A DNA stretch of 64,000 nt from Gordius albopunctatus (lineage: Eukaryota), in the NCBI GenBank assembly GCA_964276515.1, contig OZ193909.1, positions 14,694,001-14,758,000 on the forward strand, written 5' to 3'. How positions within the stretch are numbered: position 1 is the stretch's first letter; each line of letters opens with the position of its first letter. This document shows, one piece after another, positions 53,529 through 64,000 of this stretch. The translations under genes were made by a program, and so were the position numbers. The notes under the pieces are model-generated. The model did not search any database. It was not told the origin of the DNA and saw only the letters and a program-made list of their open reading frames with translations.

Positions 53529-56500
53529 TTAATAAAAATTAAGAGAGTTAGAGGTGATGCGAATAGTTTCGTTATCGGATAAAAGTTCGGAAGCAACATC
53601 AGCTGGATACAAGATGGATCCTTCATCTGTTTTAATCATTATGTCATTTTTAATATCGATCGAATCCAAACGTTTGTCTGATTTTTTTTCTGGGTATATG
53701 GTAAAGTAACGCTTGAGGGCTTCTCGGCCTAACCAAGCTACCGTCTTATCCGCATCTCGCCTGCGAAAATATTTAATTTTAAAACGAGGAAAAGGGAAAA
53801 TATATTATATAAAAATCGGTATAAAACTAAAGGCAAGTGACCTCAATAAGGCAACTTATTAAATGGTAAACCTGAATAAGAAGTTTATCTTAAATGTAAT
53901 TGTAAAACATGTTCATAATCAATTACAAATCAACTATAAGGAGATTGAGACTTAACACAATATAAATCCCTTTAAATTCCCCCCCCCCGGTTAAATCCTG
54001 CGAAATCAGAACGGAACCAATTAAGAGTATGCATTAAGTGCTTGCAATCTAAACATATTCTGACCCCAAAACCAAAAATTGATCCCTTCCATATAGTAAG
54101 TTTACAAAATAAAAAAAGTTTATTTGCAGTTATCTGCAGAAGACAAATAAAGTTTTGAGCTTATAAAAATCTCAATCCAAAATCACTTTGATGAGAAGAC
54201 TTCGACTTAGTTCGGTACCAATATTTTTACGTTCGAATGTTGTATACTTTAAGGAGAGCGGTATCATTATTTTATGCCCGTCAATGAAAACGTTTATCCT
54301 CATTACGGGTCGCTGGGAGGACGGGATAGCTGTGCTACGGCTACTTATAACGGGAGACGAAGAACGACCCGAATCTTTAGATTGATTCATGTGTGCAAGC
54401 TGATCGCCACTACATTCGGCATGGAAGGCTGAGGCGGGAGGTCTGATGTATTGCCTCAGGAAGGTTTTATTACCACTACTTATACTTTCGACGGCAAGAG
54501 AGGACGTTGGAGCGATTCCCAAAATTGGAGATTTACTTCTAATAGCGTTATTTTGGTCTAAAATCTCTACGGGGTTTTGATCGAAAGGCGAGGTCGGGCG
54601 AGGTGAAATCAATCTTTCATTAATGCTCTTGCCCGATGCTCGAGAGTCTTGAGATGAATTCTCGTCGAGAGCGTTGTCTGGGATTAACCAATCGTCAACT
54701 ACATTTTCCCTTTCCCTAATCAGCGCGGGAATGCATTTTTTAACGGCCGGCTCAGCTAAAACGGTGTTTGCCGGTGGCGGCCTCTTGATAGCTTTCATGG
54801 CTGCCCTATATTCGGCATAGGAAGAAGATCCACACTTGCTCTCGCTCCTTATGTCCTTTGAGGTCGAATAACTTTTACGAGATCTTAACAAATGATCAAC
54901 TCTTTCCCCATCATGCTCCCTCTTTTTCGTTCCGATATCAAAACACGTGTTTTCTTCGTTATCATCTATAATTTGGACAGACGGACGGGCTCTAACGATT
55001 TCACGATAGTCTTTACTATTGGTTTGATCGTGGGGGAAAGCAAATTTTTTACGAGTTTTAGGCGAGGAAGTGGCTTTAGGAGTAAATACGCTTGATGATT
55101 GCTTACCGTCATAGGCACCCACTTTTCCATGTATCCTAGGCTCGATGTTTTCTGAGATTTGAGAAAAAGCATTATGACTATTTATACAATTTGCAATTGA
55201 ATAACATGCAAACAAAAGTGTTATCATAAGATACGGCATGGTTGTATAACGAGTGTAAGATTTGATTTAAGCAAAATAATAAAAAATTCAAATAGGTTAA
55301 AACATTATTTCAAGCTATCTAGCAGGTACAATGTTAAAAGGCAAAAAATTATTTATAATATTAAATAAAAACACACTAGCTTTCATCCGTTTCAATAAAA
55401 GGTTTTCCATCCCGTGCCAAGCTGCACGTGTTTCGGCATCCATATCATCGCAATTTGACATGCGCCATTCGACCAACGTATCGTAAGGAGTATTTCCCTA
55501 ACGATTATAAGGAATTCAAAGTTATTAAGTGATAAAATCCTAACAAATATTTGATAAAAGTGGCCACCAACAGACTTAAGTAGTAATGAGAAATAAATCA
55601 AAATTTCTGATCTATTTCAAAGTATTATATTAAAAAGTTTTAGAAAGGGGATACGAAAATGTGAAATATTAACTAAAATTATTTCACCTCAATAGTCTTT
55701 TTACCTATAAAAGACTAATAATCTCGTGCTAAGTATGCAGCTTTTATAGAGCTCGGTATAACTATAATTGTCCACCAACTAAATATAAAGGATCGAGATT
55801 TAAAAAAGTCACATATCAGCTCAGGCAAATAAAAGTGAGCTGTGAATTTCAAACCTTAACATCACAACTTAACTTTGCCAAGACAAAATAGATTACACTC
55901 CTAAATTTAAATTCAATTCCAAAATACAATTAAAAGCGGTCATAAAACGACTATACTTTAGATTAAAATAAAAAGCATTGCAAGAATTATAAATAATCAT
56001 TACGTGATCGTCTCGAAGCAAAGGGTCTGCCCCGTGTTTCAACAAAAGTTGCATCGTACTGACGTGCCCCACAGAAGCTGAATCGTGTAACGGCGTAATT
56101 CCATCACACATATCATTGTTGTAGTCGGAAGCATCTCTTTCATCCCGACCCCTATCATTGATTCGAGCCCCGTGTGACAGCAAATATTCAACTACCTCAT
56201 CACACCCATAGTTACAGGCTTCGTGCAGGGGCGTCCAACCACAATTATCTCTAACATTGACGGGATGGCCCTGAAAGATTTATTATAATAATAATAGTGT
56301 TTGTTTCGCAATTTAGACAAGTTGCAAAAAGTATTATATAAAGTTAATCAGTGAAAAATCGATAAACTCGAATACCGTAAAAGAGTTTAAGAATGATATA
56401 GTATATTTGACGACCCTACTTTTACTCTCCATCGTTTCCCCCCTCGTGTATTATTGAACCCTTGACTCTCGTCGGCGTGGAAAATTTTAATTCTATCCCC

Positions 56501-59500
56501 TTCTCTTGGTTAAATTCGTTTATGCCAAGAAGAGCCTCGTCGAGAAAGAATATCCCTGACACCACTCCCCTTAATAAGTATTTTTCCAAGTTCACGTCCC
56601 TCAGTAAGATCCATTCATCGACGCAAAACGCCCTGATGACCTCCCCAGATAAATCTTCCACTGGTGCCACCATCAGCAGTGACGCATTAGGATCTGAATC
56701 AATGGTTAAGATGATTCTGGATCGGCTAGCGGCTATGGACGCCAAGATCGAAAGAAATCTGCTGGACAGAAGTGAGGAAACGATCGGTGGGGTTGAAAAC
56801 ACACTACACTGGGCCCCATCACCGGTTGCCGAAACAGTTACAATGACACGGGCCGAGTTGGACACGCTCTTAGCAAGGGAAAGAGCGCGCCCCACCAATT
56901 TACCTAGCTCCAACACGGAAATCCTAAAGCTCCGGTTAAAAGACCTCCGTGAAGCTATTGAAACCAATTATACGATGCCAGCCTATCAAAAACACGAAGC
57001 GGAGTTCCTACTCAGCTTGGGCGATTCCATTGATGATTACAATAAGACTGTTGACAAATTCTCGGATAGGGTCAGGACACTTGCCATGGCGTCATACTAC
57101 GGTTGGCAGGCCGTCACAGGCAAATCTAAAGACTGGGCAGAAAAGATGGGCATGGGCCAGTATACCGAGCCGGTCCAGCTTTTTCGTGCGCCTGATCCAA
57201 GGTATGCTCCGAGGAAGAAAGGCTCTCAATCCAAAGGGCCACCTCCGCCTCGGGCGGAGAGAGCGTAGTTATGTAAGGACGGTAGCGGCGACCCTCGGCA
57301 GTGGTGATAACCCGCCGAGGTCGGTGAGGAATGGAAATGCACCAACATGGCTCTCTAATTACACGGCCATAGCTAGGAGCATCGCTATCAACTCCATTTC
57401 TCCCGACGATGGCCCGGAGCTGGAGGAGTCGATACACCCCTTCAGTACGCCGCTACCCGAACATACAAATGTGCTGGGACATCTCACATCTCAATGGACG
57501 GAGGTGGGCTTGAATAGCGAAGCCCCACCTATCATCAGCGAACTCTCCAACCCCTGCATTCCCTTCCCACCCCCTTTCCTCATATACACACTTCAATCTC
57601 CCTCTTTCTATTCGGACAACGGTATTGAAACCACATCGTTTACAAAGCAACTTTACCCGGAGAATCGCCACTCATGGTTTCAAGCCAAGCTATCGCGTAA
57701 AGCAATTGTTGAAAACCAAGGCAGATACCATGTCCCAAGCATAGACAAACCTTTTTTCTTTACCTCTCCTGTTCGAACAAAACGGCACAGCGCAAAACGC
57801 CATTGCGTGATATAGGACGGTAGTGTTCATCAAAATGGAGGCAAATTTCACACACAATTTGCCATATGGAACATATGACATGGGCAGTCTATGTAGTCTA
57901 TGGTCCCAAGATACGTCAAGGCGATTCCTCGTGAACACAAACCCCTAGTGGACGAGATCATTCTGTCGGATATCGTCCGTGCTAATTCCGACACCATCCC
58001 TTCACCAATGTATTTCATCCCTAAGAGGGATGGCTCTCCACGACTCATCGCTGATTTATCACAAATTTCCAAGAATTTCGTTAAATACCCCTTTTCATTA
58101 AAATCTATCCCATTAATTGCTTCTTCGTTATCAGAAGCAAAATTCATGACCAAGATAGATATAAAGGCAGCGTTTTTCTCCATTCCGCTGGCGCCGGAGT
58201 CATACAAATTCTTCGGGTTCCGGTACAGGAGACGCAAATATTCTTATAAGGTGCTTCCGATGGGAGCCAGCTTCTCCCCATATGTGCTGCAACAAATGAT
58301 GCTTGATCTTTGCAAGAAATCAATCACTAGGTCCAAGTATAATGTATACCTCGATGACATTCTGATATACGGACCCTCCGATACCCTGGTCCTGGCGGAT
58401 ACCTGGATCCCCCTAACTCTTGTTTTATTTATTGATATTTCCTCATGTAATATTATAAACAGCGAACGCGTATATAAATGTAAGATATGAAAGTAAACCG
58501 CGAGAAATTTTCCACGCCGACGAGGGTCAAGGGTTCAATAAGACACGAGAGGGGAAAGCATCACTTGTTGCAGTGTGTTGGAGGGTTCGCTGATGATAGG
58601 TGGGCCTTCGCTATTCAAGCCCACCTCCGTCCATTGAGATGTGAGATGTCCCAGCACATTTGTATGTTCGGGTAGCGGCGTACTGAAGGGGTGTATCGAC
58701 TCCTCCAGCTCCGGGCCATCGTCGGGAGAAATGGAGTTGATAGCGATGCTCCTAGCTATGGCCGTGTAATTAGAGAGCCATGTTGGTGCATTTCCATTCC
58801 TCACCGACCTCTGCGGGTTATCACCACTGCCGAGGGTCGCCGCTACCGTCCTTACATAACTACGCTCTCTCCGCCCGAGGCGGAGGCGGCCCTTTGGATT
58901 GAGAGCCTTTCTTCCTCGGAGCATACCTTGGATCAGGCGCACGAAAAAGCTGGACCGGCTCGGTATACTGGCCCATGCCCATCTTTTCTGCCCAGTCTTT
59001 AGATTTGCCTGTGACGGCCTGCCAACCGTAATATGACGCCATGGCAAGTGTCCTGACCCTATCCGAGATACCTGGATCCCCCTAACTCTTGTTTTATTTA
59101 TTGATATTTCCTCATGTAATATTATAAACAGCGAACGCGTATATAAATGTAAGATATCTTTTTTGATTGGCTCGTAAATTTTGCTGAAAGTGGCTTGCAT
59201 AGGTAATTGTCAAATTTTTCTTTTCCTGGACTTCTTTACAGCATTTATGCCTTTGGAGATGAGTGTTCCATATTAAGCATTATCAAAACAAGCTTAAATA
59301 ATTACCTGATGAGCAGGAATTATAGGATAACACATTCCTGCAAATCTTACAAAAAACAAAATCTATTTTATTATAATCTCCATACTACTTTACAAAAAAA
59401 ATTTCCGAATATTTTCAGCTATTAGCAGTCGATCTTTTTTGTTCCATACTTAATTGTATATTAGGACAAGCGTGAAATGAATAAATGAGTGTTTAACAGA

Positions 59501-62500
59501 TTCAATAACTTGTATTTAATTTTTGAAATTTTATAGATTGATGTAAACAGAATAAAAAACTACTTAGGCTCTTCTAAATTATTCCGGGCCGGGCCTATAA
59601 TTTATAAATTAGGTCCGGCCCGGAATTTTAAATCCTTAAAATTTAAGGCCCGAGCCCGTCCGAACTTTTGCCGACCGGGCCTCCGGCCGCCCGTGCAGGT
59701 CTCTAGTCGGAGCACACAATAGAAATGGAGTTTCGGCTCGGGCGAATTCGGAAAATTTAAAGCCAATCAGCGGTCATTAGCTAGTCTTTATGAAGAAGCA
59801 AACCAGCCTTTTGCAGAATTATAAGTTTCCGTTATTATAAAACCGAGAAAATAGGACTGGACAACCAAAAGTGAGCCCCTAAATTGCATAGCAAAAAATG
59901 TTATTCAACGTGCATTGCATAACGCAGAAATCTCCAAAGGTGACACATAAGATATGTTTCGTAAATTTTAGTTGATTGGAGGCAAGGAGGTACAAAGATA
60001 GGATAGAATGAAGAAGCATCCGCCTTTATGGCACACAATGGAAAATAGTTCGTTTCCATTGTTCCAGCTTAAAATTTACTATAAATTGACGTTTTGTTAG
60101 CAAAACTTAGCAGCGATTACGAGATGCCAAACTTAGGTTTGCGTCAGTCAGAGTCACCTTTAGATTTAAATCTACAAAACAAGTTTTGTCAAAATTAATA
60201 TGAAAATTTATTTTAATAAATCTTAATCGTATAAAAATTGTAAATCACAAATTAATCTTATTTCTAACTTTAAATGGGCTTTAAGTTTTGTATATCCACA
60301 CACACCAAAAAAAGTTAGAGAGCGTAATGGATTACTCAAAGCGATTCAACTCTAAAAGGTTTATTGTCCAAAGAATAATAATAATTAAATAAGAGCAGGT
60401 CGCAATACCTTAATCTTAAAATGCTAGGCGATTAAAAAAATTATCGTGTTTTAATTTTGTCCAAATAAATTTAGCTTAAACTAAATGAGAAAATGAAATA
60501 TTCTTCTTTAATTTCTTCCCCACCCCTAACCCCTAAATTTGGTGAGATATTGTCATATCCTATTATAGGTAAATTTACCATTTCTACGAGCTTAACAACT
60601 CTTTTAAGGTTGCCATCAATACACGCTTTGTGCAAGATTGTTTCGCCTTTTTCATTCCTCTTCACTGCAAAACTATTTCTAACGCTCGTGGAATTACCTT
60701 CTTTACAGCCTTTCAAAATGTCCGATTCTTCGTCCCCTATTAATGATTTATAATTTCCTATCAATTAATAATCAATTCGATTATAAAATTTTTGGCGAAA
60801 TGTTAGCTATTTAAAACGATACATTCCCTAAAGCTTTTTTTTTACTATAGAAATATTTACATAATTAATGATCACTCAAAATTCTTATTAATTATAATCG
60901 AGCGTTTCTGGTTCTCGCGTAAAATTTTTTGACCTAGGGGTTTTGAAGCCTTTGGCTTTGAACTTTAAAAAAAGTCTTTTAGGCACTCTTTCCTAATCCC
61001 ATACGTATAATTAATTCCAAATTTAAGAAATCCATAAAAATTGGTGTCAATTGTAATTAAAAAACTGCATTAAATTTGTTATCAACTTGACCTAATGTAT
61101 GGCGCCATTAATTAATTTCAGGCATAGCGTACCGAACTCACTCCCCTCCCTTCAACCAATCCATTAATTAAACTTTATTTTAATTTAAAAAACAATGAAG
61201 TTTTGAAATAAAAGTGCATGGTTAAAAGATATTAATATATAAAGTCATGTGCTAAGCAAGCCCTATAAATCCTAAAAATTTAATATAATTATGTCTAAAA
61301 ATTACTATTTTGCCCCCCCCCCAAAAATCCTGGCTACGCCCATATATAAAGTCATTTTTAAATATATGCTACGATAACAGGAAGCAAATGTCATTTGAAA
61401 GCTTCTTAAAAATAGCTTAACTAGACTATGGCATTTTACCCGAAGAATTAGAGCTTGGGGGATCGGAGGAAAAACAGCTCTGATCATCACTGATTTCTTG
61501 GTCAACCACACTCGTCTCTTCACCTCTATCCAGAGCAATTTCCAATCGTTTCAATAATTTCCCCAGCCCAAGCACTAAATCATCTTTTTCCCAGTCTGTA
61601 CTCATCGAGAAATCTTTTGTGCTGCGCAGTAAATACAGCTGGGCATCGATCCAGGCAGCGTATAGCTTGACCGCTTCGTTCCTATACCTGGTAAAACTAG
61701 AGCCGAGCGAGACGTTAAAGAAAGCGCCGTACATTTTAATGGTACACAAATCTTTCCAGCAAAATTCATCGGACTTTTCAGTGTCTCTCGTCAACTTAGC
61801 AGTGACCAAACTTAGCCCGTACTGGCACATATTGAGCAGCGTTTTAGCGACGTCGCGCGACTTTTCTTCGTTGAAAACGTGGTTGTGGTGAGACTTATCA
61901 ATCAGTTGAACTTGAGTTATTTCGCGACTTAAAAAATCGCGAATTTCCCGAGGTGCGTTGAAGTGAATCGTACCTTCAAAGCCGTAACATTTAAGTTCCA
62001 AGTATCCAAAGTCTATGGCTTTAGAAAAATTTCGTAAATCGGCATAGCTCTGAGCTACGGAGTAGTAGAGGGGAGCTAGGTCGCTGAGTGGCATTTCTAG
62101 CATTGTAGCAAGTTCGACCGCTTTACTGTAATGTGTCAAGGCTTGGTTGTAGCAAGAAAATTCGGAAAAATAATCGCCCAACTTTTCGTGATACTTACAG
62201 GCTCGGTGTAATTTCGGTGAGTTCCTGAGGTTGGAATTAGTTGATTCCTCCAACGAAGATATCTCCTTTTCTTGCTGTTCGACGATGTCTTTATGTTGGT
62301 TCAACCAGTCGTTTTTGTGGCATAACTTCTTTACTAAATCGTTACAAAAATACGATTGAAGCTACAAATTAAATACTTTTTAACAAGTTTAAACATCGAT
62401 GATACTTATGAAGTCTAAAATTCTCACACTTTTCATGAAATCTCATTGAAATTTTAACCAGCATTCAAAAGAGCAATCATAGCTATTAGCAAATGCTAAA

Positions 62501-63931
62501 TAAGCAATACTTGGTGTAACCCTTTATTCACGTAAGATTAATAATATTAACAGCAAAATCAATAAAAACCACATTTATAATGCTTTAGGATCTACCATTA
62601 TTCATAGACAAAAACTGGCTACAATATTATGAAGTAATTTTGTAAAATTTACTTGCTCTCAGATATTTTTGAACTTTTTCCACATTGTCATTTGATTGCA
62701 CAAGGGATGCACATCTCTTAAACAAAAATTTACCTCTGGGATAATTTCCCACTTTAACCATAACCTATTTTAGCATGTAAATTCATAGTACATAAAACGT
62801 TATATGAATTTATCATTTATAAAAATTATATTATACTAAAATTTTAATATTCTGTTTTGATTAAATTAAAGCCATTATATCCAAAACACCAAACTTATGT
62901 AAATTAAAGTAATAAATAATTTTTAAAGTATAAATGTAACAAACAACACCTCAGCCTGACGTGTCAATGCATCTATCTCTGCACAGGGTTCTTTTAGTTT
63001 TTGACTGCAAAGTATTGCTTGTTCCAAAATTGTAATTGCTTGTGCATAATCTTCATCTCTTACAAAAATTTCTGAGAGTGAGAAGTATATTTTTTGCATT
63101 TCTTCCATAAAATTTTCCAGTCTGTAAATTATTTACATTTTGTTTAAATACCATAATCTTATTAATAGAAATAAAAATCACTTAAAAATAATGAATATTT
63201 TAACTAAAAATCATATTTACAGGGCTAATATAAAATTAATAGTTAAATAATCTGAGCAAGTGTACAACAAAATATTCCTAAATATCCTAAGTTATCAAAT
63301 ACCGATTAAAATTGATATCAAGCATCAAATTTGTTTTTATATAATTTACAAGATTTTAAATGTTCTGGACAAAAAAGACTCACTTGGCTATTTTAAGAGC
63401 TTGCTGGAGAAGCATAGCACATTTTTGGTAGTCTTTTCTTAGTTCACACACAATGCCTAAGTTTAAATACCCTCTTACCATCATTTGTTTTAATTCCTTA
63501 TCATTTATTTGTCCTTTTAGTTTAGAGCATAAATTAAGTGCCTACATTATATATTAGAAATAAATTAAAAATAATTACTTTGGCACATTCTGCTTCACTG
63601 GATTTTAAAGTTTCACTTGCTCTCTGTCTTGCTTTTAAATATTCTTCTACATTTGTATATATTTCATCTTCATTGCAAGATATTTCCTCAAATTCTAACA
63701 TTAGTATTCTCCCCAAAGTAGTGTGAGCACGTTGTTGTTCAATTAAGGTTTTAGTTCCAATGCTTAGGTTCAAGTATTTGAGGGCATGAGATTTTGCTAA
63801 ATCAAAACTTTTTAGCATGCTATAACATTCAGCTATTTTTCTGTGTGCTATTGCTTTTCCTAAACTATCTTGTAAGTCTTGAACAATATTGAGCTCTTGC
63901 AAGTGCTCACTAAGAGCCTCCTTATGCCTAT
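53529..63931 (-). CDS. TONSL: Tonsoku-like DNA repair protein (5'-partial): TPRs, ankyrin repeats, UBL domain
   Basis: Phase-consistent exons 63579-63931, 63384-63541, 62950-63121, 62653-62764, 61440-62333, 60579-60757, 56004-56270, 55377-55497, 54248-55151, 53529-53760. Motifs AIAHRKIAECY, IEQQRAHTTLGR, YLNLG, EKLGD, LAPLYYSVAQSYAD, RNEKGETILHKACIDG, RDNCGWTPLHEACNYG, CDGITPLHD, RINVFIDGHKIMIP, TVAWL. Confidence 0.9.
56522..57268 (+). CDS. ORF1 of the retroelement: gag/core-like protein, 248 aa from the first ATG
   Basis: Uninterrupted ORF upstream of and overlapping pol; coiled-coil-like segments; RVRTLAMASYYGWQAV resembles the A..GW motif of DIRS-group gag; basic Pro-rich C-terminus. Confidence 0.65.
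   Translation: MPRRASSRKNIPDTTPLNKYFSKFTSLSKIHSSTQNALMTSPDKSSTGATISSDALGSESMVKMILDRLAAMDAKIERNLLDRSEETIGGVENTLHWAPSPVAETVTMTRAELDTLLARERARPTNLPSSNTEILKLRLKDLREAIETNYTMPAYQKHEAEFLLSLGDSIDDYNKTVDKFSDRVRTLAMASYYGWQAVTGKSKDWAEKMGMGQYTEPVQLFRAPDPRYAPRKKGSQSKGPPPPRAERA
57740..57902. mobile_element. hAT-type MITE inserted in pol of copy C
   Basis: CATAGAC ... GTCTATG with perfect 8-bp TSD gtcccaag; its removal restores YHVPRYVKAIP. Confidence 0.88.
58398..59157 (-). mobile_element. Rearranged inverted pieces of the retroelement (copy D): 3' end + ORF1/pol fragment + 3' end
   Basis: 58572-59068 is the reverse complement of ~57060-57550. A ~90-nt 3'-terminal block occurs twice (58398-58488, 59067-59157). 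58505-58557 is the reverse complement of 56435-56487. Confidence 0.85.
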
Positions 63932-64000
63932 CTGAGTCCAATAATTAATTTTAACTAAGTATTAAAGCTTAAAAATAAGATACATTAAGACTACTTTTAA

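Larger units (their letters stand above)
56363..58402 (+). mobile_element. DIRS/hepadnavirus-like retroelement copy C (5' end, ORF1, 5' half of pol) in a TONSL intron
   Basis: 5' repeat homologous to the 3' UTR of copy A; ORF1; overlapping pol to YLDDILIYG..LADT; compensating small deletions at ~57550-57690 and a MITE insertion. Confidence 0.85.

Noticed and set aside
56363..56520. Simple circular permutation of a viral genome, or a hepadnaviral epsilon stem-loop
   Set aside because: The 5' and 3' repeat copies diverge after GGAAAATTT into different sequences, which a single circle would not give; I could not identify a convincing bulged hairpin by eye.
57126..57437. 103-aa antisense ORF repeated at 58691-59002
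   Set aside because: The two are near-identical recent copies of one segment, so shared openness is not evidence of function.
60890..61000. Possible extra TONSL exon
   Set aside because: No phase-compatible donor/acceptor pair; the flanking exons join in frame without it.

Overview
AT-rich eukaryotic (metazoan) genomic DNA with spliceosomal introns, some only 34-61 nt long. There are two host genes, both on the minus strand and both running off the window: a Sestrin (10 exons traced, 8063->278; last exon outside) and a Tonsoku-like/TONSL gene (TPR-ankyrin-UBL, >63931->53529) that appears to end without its LRR domain. The ~45 kb between them is mostly transposon-derived: many MITEs (hAT-, piggyBac- and Kolobok-type ends), a tRNA-derived SINE, an RTE-clade LINE, an apparently intact intron-containing hAT transposon, and a non-autonomous hAT element with inverted 32-33 bp minisatellite arms. 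A ~12-14 kb near-identical duplication flanks a 200-N gap and looks like two haplotypes joined by the assembly. The most unusual content is four pieces (48.1-52.0 kb and 56.4-59.2 kb) of a compact ~3 kb reverse-transcribing element: a gag/core-like ORF plus an overlapping RT-RNase H ORF. Its polymerase mixes DIRS-like and hepadnavirus-like motifs, and it has no visible integrase or tyrosine recombinase. It has a terminal direct repeat, and its 3' terminus is complementary to a PBS-like site, which suggests 3'-end self-priming. All family assignments are from motif recognition by eye; no searches were run.
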